Shown one piece after another: positions 1-12,676 of a DNA stretch of 46,788 bases; the first letter of the stretch is position 1, and every line of letters begins with the position of its first letter. The notes under the pieces are model-generated. The model saw only the letters and a program-made list of their open reading frames with translations, ran no database searches and was not told the DNA's origin. Source of the stretch: Octopus bimaculoides (taxonomy: Eukaryota); contig NC_068983.1 of the NCBI RefSeq assembly GCF_001194135.2, forward strand, positions 133,290,885 to 133,337,672, read 5' to 3'. The translations under genes were made by a program, and so were the position numbers.

Positions 1-112
1 TATATATATATATATATTATTATTATTATTATTAATAATAATTATATGACAACAAAAGAATGAATGAGACCTAGATATTATGTAAAATACAGGAATTTAT
101 CTATAAATATAA

Positions 113-225
113 TATGTGACAATTAGTTGGTTGTCATAATTAATTGATGAGATGCCGGAAGAGACTTCAGCCCCGGCATCCGAGACTCTGAGTTTTATTA
201 TGGCAACCAACTAATTGTCATATAT
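113..225 (+). ncRNA. Decayed type I hammerhead-ribozyme-like fold closed by a ~29-bp inverted repeat
   Basis: Arms 113-141 and 197-225 are near-perfect reverse complements. Between them: TTGATGA (144-150), stem GATGCCGG/CCGGCATC (151-158/173-180), C, GAGA (182-185), then ACTC-T-GAGT and T. Two core positions deviate from CUGANGA/GAAA. Confidence 0.55.
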
Positions 226-229
226 GATA

Positions 230-470
230 TATAGATATAGGGAGGGAGGGAAGGAGGGAGAGGGAGGCAGACACTCAAACAAACAGATAGACAGAGAGAG
301 ACAGAGACAGACAGATAGACAGAGGAATAAATAGATATACACACAATCATATTATTAGATATCTTTATAGATACATGCATAGACAGTCAGATCGATACAC
401 ACACACACATACATACACACACACATACATACATACATACATACATACATACATACATACATACAAATGA
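230..470. repeat. Compound microsatellite (GGGA/GACA/GATA/CA/CATA)
   Basis: Directly visible short tandem repeats. Confidence 0.95.
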
Positions 471-824
471 TACAAATGAAAGGAAGAAAGAGTGAGATTA
501 AAACCTAATAAGAATGAGTTCGTTTGTTGACAGAATGTATAGTGTTTTCCCATGAGAGCTAAGTAATGTAGCTCAAATTGTTTTTAAAAGGTCTTCAAGA
601 CCGGAGATTGCAGATAAACAATTTCTTGAAATGAAATTATTTTACAATATAATTCGCATCACGAGCTAACTAATGCGTTTATTAAGTGTGAATGGACGCC
701 TGTGTATTGTGGTTTCTTGGTTCCTATTTTTATAACTGTTTATATTTGTGCATACGTATATACCTATATATGCACGCATGAATTTATATGCATTTCAATA
801 CCGCATGGACATTGATATTTGTCA

Positions 825-827
825 GTA

Positions 828-915
<88 letters not shown>

Positions 916-933
916 AATATACATATCTATATA

Positions 934-985
<52 letters not shown>

Positions 986-1040
986 AAAAAAGAGAGACAG
1001 ACAGAGACAGAGACAGACAGACACACACACGACACGACAG
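825..1040. repeat. Compound (TA)n(TG)n(TA)n(GA)n microsatellite
   Basis: Directly visible; accounts for the low-complexity ORFs at 748-1096. Confidence 0.95.
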
Positions 1041-1130
1041 AAGTAAATAAATACTCTTATAATTGTCAGAATGTATTTAAATTTGAAGTTATACATTCAG
1101 ATTATTTATTAATTATTATTATGTGAATAT

Positions 1131-2155
1131 CTAATATTTAGTAGACATGCCCTTTGCATTTTCCAACGCAAGGACCCTATTACGCATGCTACTGATCAAA
1201 TGACGAATATTCTATTGAAGAATTTCTTGCCAAGTGGCATACAGTAATCGCAAAAAATCTGGTTTAGAGGATGCATCGTTGTTCTTTTTTATGAAGTGTC
1301 CTATCCATTATGTCCCAAAGTTGTTCAATAGAGTTCATATTTGGTGAATAGTTTGGCCATGAAAGCTTTTTAATGCCATTCTCATGCAACCAATCTTGGG
1401 TCTTTTAAGTGTGTCACAAGAAACTCTATCTTCCATAAATAAAGCGTCTTCTTTAAACATTTCATCACTGGAGCAGATCGGAAGGAGTCTTTTCTGCAAT
1501 ATGGACACATATTTATTTGAGTTTATGTTTCTCTTACACTCAACCAGCTCTGATTGACCATTGCTCCAAATTGCTTCCCAGATCATCATAGAATAGCCGC
1601 TGTGTTCCATTGTTGGTTGAAATCTTTTCACGTCAAATTCTTGATCACAATCTCCAGACCCACACTTGACTACTGTCAGCAAATCTGGACTCATCATAGA
1701 ATATGACAGTATCCCAAAACGCTAGTGGTCTCTGCACCATTTCACTGGCCCAAACTTTTCTCCACTCGATGTTGGCTGATAGAAGACGTGGCTTCTTCTT
1801 CTTTCTGCTCTACCGTAGTAGTCAGGTTTGTGGAGACACCTGACGTGATGATGTTGACTCCTTCCTCTCCCTGATGAATTTCACAATCACTCTATTAACT
1901 GTAGAAAGAGTGATCTCAATGTTTTCTGCGATTTTATGCCGACAGTCCACATTGAAATTGACCCACAATATGTGCTCTTTGAGATTCGGACAGGTCGAAG
2001 GCTTCTTTTCTACGTAGCATGATTAAATTAAATAGTCACATATTGAACCTGAAACATAAAAATGCCAATTAACAAAACAATATAAATATTTTCAAGCTAA
2101 AATAGACATAAAATGATGTTGTTTTGGGTGTCTATTAACTGCTGTCATGTCTGTA
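1131..2155 (-). mobile_element. Tc1-like (DD34E) transposase fossil, frameshifted
   Basis: Minus-strand pieces read KKKPRLLSANIEWRKVWASEMVQRPLAFWDTVIFYDESRF, PTMEHSGYSMMIWEAIWSNGQSELV...KYVSILQKRLLP, and WPNYSPNMNSIEQLWD...ISSMRNRVLALENAKGMSTKY*. A possible TIR TACAGACATG lies at ~2155. Confidence 0.85.
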
Positions 2156-2160
2156 TATAT

Positions 2161-2440
2161 NNNNNNNNNNNNNNNNNNNNNNNNNNNNNNNNNNNNNNNN
2201 NNNNNNNNNNNNNNNNNNNNNNNNNNNNNNNNNNNNNNNNNNNNNNNNNNNNNNNNNNNNNNNNNNNNNNNNNNNNNNNNNNNNNNNNNNNNNNNNNNNN
2301 NNNNNNNNNNNNNNNNNNNNNNNNNNNNNNNNNNNNNNNNNNNNNNNNNNNNNNNNNNNNNNNNNNNNNNNNNNNNNNNNNNNNNNNNNNNNNNNNNNNN
2401 NNNNNNNNNNNNNNNNNNNNNNNNNNNNNNNNNNNNNNNN
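2161..2440. other. Assembly gap (first of ten N-runs)
   Basis: N-runs at 2161-2440, 7741-8581, 11065-11473, 11799-11808, 13338-14018, 17612-18283, 19251-19350, 23846-24185, 27573-27582 and 32411-33330. Most abut (TA)n or SINE sequence. Confidence 1.
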
Positions 2441-3132
2441 CGGCGAATAAATTGTCGTCTAATTTACGCAAGGATGAAAATAACACTGACGTCTCATTTT
2501 AGCAGATATGTTTACCAAAATTACATAATAATATATCTGGCAATACTAAAGAGTAAGTTTATTAAATCTAAATGTCATTTGCTTTAACCACGGCCTTCAG
2601 ACGACTTCGAAATCTCCTGCAAGTCTTTTGTGTGGTCTCCCTGTTTAAGTTGGTGTATGCTGCCATAATCCTCGCCTTCAGTTCATATTTGGTGTTACAA
2701 GGAGTTTTGTTGGTCTCTCGCTCAACTGCGCCCACACATAATAAGGAATGAAGTTGCAGTCTGGGGAGTTAGGTGGCCAAATGTTAGGGTTGATGTAGTT
2801 GCATAAATTATCCGACAGCTATGACTCCGTTCTCCTGCTTGTGTGGCATGGTGCAAAGTCCTGTTGCCAGACATAGGGTCTTCCAGCACTGTCCTCAAAT
2901 TGACACCCAAACACTCTGAAACGTTTGTATTGGAGCTTCCGACGCGAATGCCAACCAGTATAGCATGTAGTTTCCATATTTCTGGCAGAGTGAATGGCGT
3001 CATGGTGATGTTTTTCTCACAAACGGTGCCCAACTACTATACAGTGTAGTCGACTAAATGGAAAACACAACAATGCGCATGTGCAAAATTAAAAATATAA
3101 TATAGCGACAATTTACCCATCGCACCCTACAT
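2441..3132 (-). mobile_element. Internally deleted DD37D (maT-like) Tc1/mariner element
   Basis: N-terminal PEIWKLHAILVGIRVGSSNTNVSECLGVNLRTV is joined directly to AGRPYVWQQDFAPCHTSRRT...WPPNSPDCNFIPYYVW, with 37 residues between the QQD aspartate and the mutated third Asp position. C-terminus KTCRRFRSRLKAVVKAN. Both ends share TAAATTGTCG in inverted orientation. Confidence 0.8.
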
Positions 3133-3589
3133 GTATTCAGGCTTTTATTCAGTGAATCTTTGCTGCTTTTACATATTTAAATACGCTAATTCAAATGAAC
3201 ATTTTATCAATTAGATGTAAGCTTACAGATACACTGAGAAGAAATATGCAGTTAATTCTGTGCAATCCTTTAATTATCAAATCTGAGAGAAGTAAAAATA
3301 TTCTTCAACCATTGCAGGATTTGACCATAGTGACATTTTGACTCTACCTAAAAACGTCCGCCCCCAATGTAAGATATATCAGCTCGCTTCTGGAATATTA
3401 ATGCCCCTTACTTTCTTCTCCTATAGTAAATATATGAGAAAACCCAGAAAGGTATCCAAAACCTCAACAGACGTCCTCCAGTATTGTTTTATTCTTCAAC
3501 CTAAGTTCGAATCCTGCAGCGTTCGGAATTACTTTTTATCATCATGTTATGTCTCAAGCTAATTCTATCTAGCACCTTCGGATGATCTC

Positions 3590-3660
3590 TACTCAACCGC
3601 TACACAACTGCTACTCAACTGCTACTCAACAGCTACTTGACTGCTACTCAACACTCCTAC
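3590..3660. repeat. 11-bp minisatellite (CTACTCAACTG-like), ~6 diverged units
   Basis: ctactcaaccg ctacacaactg ctactcaactg ctactcaacag ctacttgactg ctactcaacac. Confidence 0.85.
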
Positions 3661-5960
3661 CACGGCCAGACTACCTCTATTTATATGTCTTGGGAGATCC
3701 TATTTCTTCGCCTGGAAGTGCCGACACAATACATTATTAATGTCAGTAAACCTTTGGCTTCTTTTATTGTAATACTTCCACAATCTGCGAGATTGAATCT
3801 ATATCATAAATCAATTTGAATTTAGGCGGGAAAGGCTGAATAGCTACAACACTAGAACAGGAATCACCATATTTAAGTGATCGCCGAGCCCTATCATAGT
3901 TAAAATGGTTTCATTGCCTTTTGAGTAAATTTCTATCACATTGATTTTACCTCAGAAGAATCAGAATGACATTAAAATCTGAATGTGTTTTCCATGTTAG
4001 AAATAATGGCCAAATCTTCCTCACATCACAGTTTCCAGGTTTGAAAAATGAAACCGTATGTCACAATAGGAACGAGATAGTCGTGAATTGGTCATATGTT
4101 TGCCTACACTATCAGAGGTTAGTTTGGAATTAAACAATAATTACATATCTTTCTAATCGGCCAACAAGAGATCTTCGTTTGCGTTCAATATGCTAAAATT
4201 AACTGACCCCCCCCCTTTGAATCAAAACTTCTGTCTTAAAAATGGAATGGATAATCTGTTTCTAGAAAGACCAAATCCGAATAAAATGATGGGATAATCA
4301 CAGCTAGAATAGCGTTGATCATAAGACCTGTTCGGATCTAAACAACAACACCAACGTATATTAGTTATTATACACCTTGATACACCATATCTGAATAAAA
4401 ATAGTGTTATCTTTTATCGAAGCCACTCTCAATTATGACTGACCTGAGGCTAAACCACAGTAGTAACTTAGATATCTCTCCACAACGAATATTTGGAATT
4501 ACGCCAACATAAGCGATCGATAGATCAATAATTCTGAGGATAGTCCACAAGTAAGTGACTAGTTCTAAGTGACAAACTCAGTTATTCTGTTTAGATATTT
4601 AGATAAAACTGTTTGACATCAACAATACTAACATTTCTCGTTCAGAATACATAAAAGCACAACAGCTTATCTATTTTTACCAATAACATCCTTGTTACAC
4701 ATTTCCTTAATTTCGTCAAAGACGGAACTTAATACGAGATCTCTAGACCTGTTAGAAATAATACACAAATCTTCCTCAAGCTTACATCCTTATCAACTTA
4801 AATAGAAGTGTGATACTTAAGACAATGTAATCCTAGGTAAGCAAAAGTATGGAATAACATAGATGCAATACTTATAATTACATTTCAAAAATCAGAACTG
4901 ATTCGGGGTTAAATAATTTGGAACCAGCTTTGGTTCAGCCTACAAAAATATTTCCGTATTTTATTTGTAGCAATTATTTTTTTTTCAATTGCTTTCAGAC
5001 TCAGCATGAGTGTAACCTGGTATAAATTCTTTCTTTCATATAAATGTTTTTGTACATGCATATTTAAAATGAATGTTTTCAATGTCGTTCATGACATAGA
5101 ATACAAAATGGATTTTGTCTCGATTTGCGCAAATCACATTAGAAGTATTGTGAAGAAATGATGGTGAGCGTATGGGGGTTATTGCGCCGCAGGGAAAGAC
5201 ATGGATCTTCACAAGATTACTTAAACGATTCCTGAATCAAGAACCAAGTATTCGAAGAAAATGACATTCATTGGTTACCATAAACCAATAAAGTAGCCTA
5301 GTCATGGTTGTTAGTCCTGCTAGAAAGAAAATACATCTTTCCATTAACTCATATATTATCGTCTTAAATGAAGATTACGTTGTAAAAGTATTTGATACAA
5401 AAGAAGACGGTGTGGTCAACTGTAAAACATATTTGATCATAGATCTACTCGGTTAGGTTTGATCTCGAATGTTCTAAGTCATACCACCAACAGTTGAATC
5501 AAAGAATAAGTGGTTGACTACATCATGTTTCGAAGTGGCTGCTGGGAACATCTTGGACATTCTCTCTAGCATTGTCCAATATATACATTGGCACAATGGT
5601 GCCTCATATTTTTAGGTGAATCTGACTGTCGAATATGTTGAAACCGGTACATAGTTATTATTATTTTATCAACTGCAATTCGATGAAAACAAAATCGGTT
5701 CAAGTGTGATTTCTATTTCATTCTTCTAACATGTTTCAACTATTAATTCATAGATATCTATCGCATCAATAATGGACTCTGCTCCTCTGAAATAGGTAAC
5801 CACTTACCCTCGAAACGCAAGTCCATTTTACACACGTATTTCTTCTATTCTGACCCTTCACAATCTGAACTTAATACTTAGCCAGTTCTTCCTACCGTAA
5901 ATTCTTAACAACTTAACAACTCTTAACTCACATGCTTTCCAACAGATATTAATCTATATT

Positions 5961-6050
5961 ATTTTCTACTCTAAGCACAAGGCCCAAAATTGGGGGAGGG
6001 AGGAGGCCAGTCGATTAGATCGATCCCAGTACGCAACTAGTACTTAATTT
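5961..6050 (-). mobile_element. SINE family B, 3' fragment
   Basis: ttctactctaagcacaaggccc...gtcgattagatcgatcccagtacgcaactagtact matches the reverse complement of the copies at 11935 and 23071. Confidence 0.8.
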
Positions 6051-6581
6051 AAAGGGTCTGATCTGCCTCTATGATTAATGTCATCGATAAAATATTGAAT
6101 TATAACTGCAATTATTGATCTGTTTGAACTCTAATAATTCACCAATTCCATTCTGTTTCTCTTCATCATAGATCATGTGGCCACTTTCTTCAAATATTCT
6201 CAACTGCATCCTCATTTGTTGGCATGTATGATCGGTAAGTAGGCTCACAAGATTCATTCAATCTTTATTACTGTTGTTGTTGTTGTTGTTGTTGTTATCG
6301 CTTCAACATTTGCTACTGTTACTAATGTTTGGCCATACCTACAATCCCAGACATTAATACCAGACAGGTATTATTATCTCTGTACCGGGAATAAACATTC
6401 TCCCTGACACAGAGAATAATCCCATATGCCCTACTGATTTTTTATATATTTTCTAATTTGTTTACTTATATTTTTTTAAATACATAAGGATATATATGCG
6501 TGTATATGTGCATGTATATGTATATAGTTATGCACAAGTATTTGTATACATGCCAATGGATATGAGTGTGTGAGAGTGTGT

Positions 6582-6617
<36 letters not shown>

Positions 6618-6699
6618 GTGTGTGCGTGTGTGTGCGTGTGTGTGTGTGACACCAATATTTATTTTTTAAATTCCGGTAAAGATTCCATCGGATTCTGTT

Positions 6700-6970
6700 G
6701 GGAAACCGTTAGTTTATGGAAACATAAACAAACCAGCACCGACAGTCCAGTGATGGCAAAGAGCAAATAAAACACATACACACACACTCCCGTACACATA
6801 TATACATATATGTATGCATACCACGTGCTTCTTTTAATTTCTGTCTACTAAATTCACTCGCAAGACATGAGTCGACCTGGGCTACAGAAGAATGTGTCAC
6901 ACAATGGAACTGTACCCAAATCCTCATGGTTGGAAATAAAGCTTCGCAACTTCACAGCCACACCTGCACC
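6700..6970 (-). mobile_element. SINE family A, diverged copy
   Basis: Minus-strand head ggtgcaggtgtggctgtg...ccaaccatgaggatttgggtacagttcc, followed by the internal microsatellite. Aligns by eye to the 44263-44641 copy. Confidence 0.7.
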
Positions 6971-7297
6971 AATATACAGATATATGCGCATACGTGTATA
7001 TATGTATACGCTTATATGTATATATATATATCCATAACTACTCATCCACCTGTCTTTAATAATGTAATTATAGACGTGGCTGTAAGTACATTATCTGACA
7101 TATACTTGTTTACAAATGCATAGACGTTATATACATGAAACATTGTGTACAAAATATATTACATCCACGAATACCCTACAAGTTTAGAAATGAAAACTCA
7201 CATCCGTAATGTGTTACCACTGTTTGTGAACAGAGGGCTTGCTACAAATTAAAGATAATCATAGCTACATAAGTGCGCGTATACACATACGTCACTG

Positions 7298-7344
<47 letters not shown>

Positions 7345-7689
7345 GAATGTACATACATACATGTGTGCGTGTGTGGAGGTGGGTTTGTGTGTGTGTGTAT
7401 GTGTGTGTGTATGTGTGTGTATGTGTGTGTGCGTGTAAAAAGTGTAGTATAGGATATGGATTCAGAGACTCATGAGGCTATTACAGTAAGCTCCACCCAT
7501 GGACTCGGCTTTCAATAATGCTACATAAAGAAGGTTGCCAAACGCCAGTATTCCTACGGAAGTCACGTAGCTAAACAAGTCTAAATTTACCTATCATACC
7601 ACCCGACTTTATTCTATATACATACAGATATAGACAGATAGAGAGAGAGAGAGAAAGAGAAAGAGAATGATAATATATATATACGTTTA

Positions 7690-7740
7690 AGGCTGCGTGT
7701 TGGCAGAATCGTTAGTACGCCAGCCGGAATGCTTAGCGGT
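7690..7740 (+). mobile_element. SINE family B, 5' head truncated by gap
   Basis: ggctgcgtgttggcagaatcgttagtacgccagccggaatgcttagcggt matches the head of the 23071 copy. Confidence 0.75.
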
Positions 7741-8581
7741 NNNNNNNNNNNNNNNNNNNNNNNNNNNNNNNNNNNNNNNNNNNNNNNNNNNNNNNNNNNN
7801 NNNNNNNNNNNNNNNNNNNNNNNNNNNNNNNNNNNNNNNNNNNNNNNNNNNNNNNNNNNNNNNNNNNNNNNNNNNNNNNNNNNNNNNNNNNNNNNNNNNN
7901 NNNNNNNNNNNNNNNNNNNNNNNNNNNNNNNNNNNNNNNNNNNNNNNNNNNNNNNNNNNNNNNNNNNNNNNNNNNNNNNNNNNNNNNNNNNNNNNNNNNN
8001 NNNNNNNNNNNNNNNNNNNNNNNNNNNNNNNNNNNNNNNNNNNNNNNNNNNNNNNNNNNNNNNNNNNNNNNNNNNNNNNNNNNNNNNNNNNNNNNNNNNN
8101 NNNNNNNNNNNNNNNNNNNNNNNNNNNNNNNNNNNNNNNNNNNNNNNNNNNNNNNNNNNNNNNNNNNNNNNNNNNNNNNNNNNNNNNNNNNNNNNNNNNN
8201 NNNNNNNNNNNNNNNNNNNNNNNNNNNNNNNNNNNNNNNNNNNNNNNNNNNNNNNNNNNNNNNNNNNNNNNNNNNNNNNNNNNNNNNNNNNNNNNNNNNN
8301 NNNNNNNNNNNNNNNNNNNNNNNNNNNNNNNNNNNNNNNNNNNNNNNNNNNNNNNNNNNNNNNNNNNNNNNNNNNNNNNNNNNNNNNNNNNNNNNNNNNN
8401 NNNNNNNNNNNNNNNNNNNNNNNNNNNNNNNNNNNNNNNNNNNNNNNNNNNNNNNNNNNNNNNNNNNNNNNNNNNNNNNNNNNNNNNNNNNNNNNNNNNN
8501 NNNNNNNNNNNNNNNNNNNNNNNNNNNNNNNNNNNNNNNNNNNNNNNNNNNNNNNNNNNNNNNNNNNNNNNNNNNNNNNNN

Positions 8582-8613
<32 letters not shown>

Positions 8614-8934
8614 TGTGTGTGTGTGTGTGTATGTATATATGTGTATGTATAAACGTATGTATCTTTTTTCTTTACCCGTCTGTATTTCTGTGTGTGTGTA
8701 TGTGTGTGTTTATGTAGGGGGGCACGTGCGTGTGCGTGTATGTGTATATGTATGGGCGTGTGTGTGTGTGTTCGGTTGTTGGAATTATATAAAATTCCGC
8801 ATTTCATGTTTTATTACTAAATAGGAGGTACATAGGTATACATGTAGAAGAACATGGAAGACATCTAATAGTAATTCTTCAGACCGGGAATTAAAATAAT
8901 AATAACAATAATAATAATAATAATAATAATAACC

Positions 8935-9050
8935 CTCTCTACTATAGGCACAAAGCCTGAAATTTAAGAGGAGGGACTAGTGTGTTACATCGACCCCAGT
9001 ACTCAACTGGTACTTATTCTATTGACCCGAAAGGATGAAAGGCAAAGTTA
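8935..9050 (-). mobile_element. SINE family B, 3' half
   Basis: ggcacaaagcctgaaattt...catcgaccccagtactcaactggtacttatt...gaaaggatgaaaggcaaagt. Confidence 0.8.
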
Positions 9051-10814
9051 TCCATTTTCATTAAGGATACTGATGTCTTCAACTGTATGCACAAATCTAC
9101 AACTTGGGAAGATGGAATTTATATAGAGTCCTTTATAATACAAGACCAAATTGACTCTGCAGCTATTTGGATACTGAACGTTAAAAATGTAGTTAAAAAT
9201 TGCAAAGCATTTGATCCACGAATTTTTGATTTGAGATAATCCACCGCTCTTTCATGCAAACACTGTAAAATAAAATATAAAACGAAAAACACGTTATACT
9301 TCTTTCAAGTAAACACTAATTCGATATTAAATACATACAAGAAATTCAATGGTTTACTTGGAATTACCTATCTATTGATTAATCTACACATCTTTTATTA
9401 TTCACTCTGTCGTTCGTAATTTCTGAATAACTTCGATCAACCTATCTTCTGCTTCGATGTTTTCACTCCCAATTAATCTTAAGAATGAATTATGAAAAAA
9501 GTTTATGAATTTATATAAACGGTGCTAAAAATTTCTCGATGGCGTCTTTGGATGCGTGTATATGTGTGTCTCTGGATATGTAAATCTATGTATTTCACAA
9601 TGTATACTGTGGTTGGTATGAGAGTGGCTATATTCTGAACACATATGTCTTTGTGTGCTGCTATATTTTCTATGCACTATCTTGCACGCCATATTAAACA
9701 GCTCCGACTAATGTACTATCAGATCATGAAACTTATAGTAACTAACATTCAAAGCCTGTGTTTATTAAATGATGTCTATCTCTCAGCTAGATGGGGGTAC
9801 TCGTTTTATTGATCACAATAGCGGAAGGGCAGGCGATATGTGTATGTGTGGGCGCGTGTGTGTGTTTTGTGTGCATGTGTGTGTGAGTTGTGTGTATGTG
9901 TGTATACATGTATATTCATACACATATGTGCATATATACATAAGTGTGTGTGTTTGTGTCTGTGTGCATGTTTGGGAATGTATTGCAAGGGATGAAATAT
10001 GGAAGCAATTTCTGAATCGTGCTCCGTTAGAGATTGATCAGCTCAATGGCTTATAATACAAAAGAAATTGATCAAAGACAATGTCTGAAATTTGAACCAA
10101 GAATCAAGGTGTTTCACTCATGAATTGCGATTCATGCAACAGTGTCACCAACATAAAACTTACTGAGGTGAAATTCCACACATGCAAGCCAAGAAAACTT
10201 GTCCTAATTTCCACTGATAAGATTCGGTGACGAATTTTTATAGCTTCGAGTTTAATATTATCAATATTTTCTACTCCAACACATTTAACCATCATTAGAC
10301 ATGATGGAAATCAAAGATAATTGAATTTCGTAAGTTTCCAGCTACGTTGGCTCTCAAGCGCGACCTTCTATCAGACCGGTAATAAAGACGAGGGTAAATT
10401 GAGTTCCTCCCAAAGCTGTCAACACTCCGTCGTAAACTTCAACATGAAGGAGCACTGACATTACAATTTAATACTCTCAAATATCTCCATTTTGACATTT
10501 ACATATTTATCTTTTGATATATACAGATTAAGAAACGAAAACTAACAAATTGGCAAAGGAACACACTCACTGTCTTATATGTGCATGTGTAGGTTGTGTG
10601 CGTGCATGTGTTAGAAGTATATATATATATCCGATATATAATGAGAGTAGAATTGAAATCAAGTTCTCAAAGCTCCAACATATTTTCCAATACTACAAAC
10701 TACTAATAGTGAACGATTGATTCCTCTGTATCACAACGCAAATACCATTCAGCGGTATGTACAAGTTTTTTTAAACTACCTACACCAACTTCATAGCATA
10801 TATTTTTTTTCATT

Positions 10815-11015
10815 CTTTCATTCTTGTACACTTTTCAATCATTTGACTGTGGCCATGAAGACGCACTGCTTTAAAGGGTTTTAGTCGAAGAAATCGACCA
10901 CCGGACATATTCTTTGTAAGCCTAGTACTTATTCTATCGGTTTCTTTAGCCGAACGGCTAAGTTACAGAGACATAAACACACTACCGTCGGTAGGGGGAC
11001 GAACACAGACATAAA

Positions 11016-11064
<49 letters not shown>

Positions 11065-11586
11065 NNNNNNNNNNNNNNNNNNNNNNNNNNNNNNNNNNNN
11101 NNNNNNNNNNNNNNNNNNNNNNNNNNNNNNNNNNNNNNNNNNNNNNNNNNNNNNNNNNNNNNNNNNNNNNNNNNNNNNNNNNNNNNNNNNNNNNNNNNNN
11201 NNNNNNNNNNNNNNNNNNNNNNNNNNNNNNNNNNNNNNNNNNNNNNNNNNNNNNNNNNNNNNNNNNNNNNNNNNNNNNNNNNNNNNNNNNNNNNNNNNNN
11301 NNNNNNNNNNNNNNNNNNNNNNNNNNNNNNNNNNNNNNNNNNNNNNNNNNNNNNNNNNNNNNNNNNNNNNNNNNNNNNNNNNNNNNNNNNNNNNNNNNNN
11401 NNNNNNNNNNNNNNNNNNNNNNNNNNNNNNNNNNNNNNNNNNNNNNNNNNNNNNNNNNNNNNNNNNNNNNNNNTATATATACATATATATATATATACAA
11501 AGTTTCCGTCTATTAGATCCACTCATAAGGCATTGGTCGGCCCGAGACGGGAAGCAAGCTAATTACCACACTGCCACGCCGGCGGC
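10815..11586 (-). mobile_element. SINE family A spanning an assembly gap in its internal microsatellite
   Basis: 3' half (atttgactgtggccatg...ttattctatcgg...gccgaacggctaag) precedes the gap; 5' half (agtttccgtct...ccactcataaggcattggtcggccc...taccacactgccacgcc) follows it. Confidence 0.8.
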
Positions 11587-11752
11587 GATATATATATATA
11601 TATATGTATATGTGTGTGTGTGTGTATTATGTGTATGTATGTATGTATATGCAAGTATGTATTATGTATGTATGCATGTGCGTGTGTGTGTTGTGTGTAC
11701 ATGCATACATACGTATATGTGCATATGTATGTGATTGCGCGTGACTGTGTGG

Positions 11753-11798
<46 letters not shown>

Positions 11799-11808
11799 NN
11801 NNNNNNNN

Positions 11809-11850
<42 letters not shown>

Positions 11851-11934
11851 GCATTGGTGTGTATGTGTGTGTGTGTGTGTGTGTGTACAAGTTGAGAGAT
11901 GGGGAGAGAGTGACAGAGAGAGACAGAGAATGAG

Positions 11935-12133
11935 CAGTGGACTTGCAGAATTGTTACCGCTCGGAATAAAATGCTCAGCCGCATTTCCGTCAGCTTTACT
12001 CTCTGAGTTCAAATGCCGTTGAGGTTGATTTTGCCTTTCATTCCTCTGAGGGTCGTCGATAACATTAAATCGTTGAGTACGACGCAGTTGAGTAGCCTTC
12101 TTCCCCAAAAACTTCAGGCCTAAAGTAGAAAGA
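11935..12133 (+). mobile_element. SINE family B, diverged full-length copy
   Basis: gcagaattgtta...ctgagttcaaatgccgttgaggttgattttgcctttcattcc...ttcaggcctaaagtagaaaga. Confidence 0.75.
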
Positions 12134-12154
12134 TCGCGCACACACACACACACA

Positions 12155-12186
<32 letters not shown>

Positions 12187-12464
12187 TATGTGGGTTGGGG
12201 TTATGGGTGTCTAGTGCAGGTCAATACGGCAATAATGATGGAGCAAACATCAGTGACCTCTTAAATTGTCTTTCCTTCTCTATTCCAGGTCAGTTTTGTT
12301 TTAAACCAGTCTGTTTGTCATCTCACGGCAGGTGGGTGAGAGACGGCGGGACGGTACGTGCGTGTGTTGTTCGTACGGGTATAGGCGTTCACCCTACTCT
12401 GTGTGTGTTTATGTATGCGTTTATGAGGGCGTACATAAAAACGAAGTGTATATATATATATATA

Positions 12465-12639
12465 GACGCAGGCGTGGCTGTGTGGTAAGAAAGTTGCTTC
12501 CCAACCACATGGTTCCGAGTTCAGTCCCACTGTGTGGCACCTCGGGCAAATGCCTTCTACTGTAGACACGGGCTGACCAAAGCCTTGTGAGTGGAATTCG
12601 TTGACAGAAACTAATAGAAGCCCGTCGTATATATACGCG

Positions 12640-12676
<37 letters not shown>

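Noticed and set aside
4300-5900. Host exons in the less repetitive stretches (also 25400-27500 and 41700-43600)
   Set aside because: No ORF with recognisable homology or convincing splice-bounded coding bias was seen. Short exons cannot be excluded without RNA-seq.
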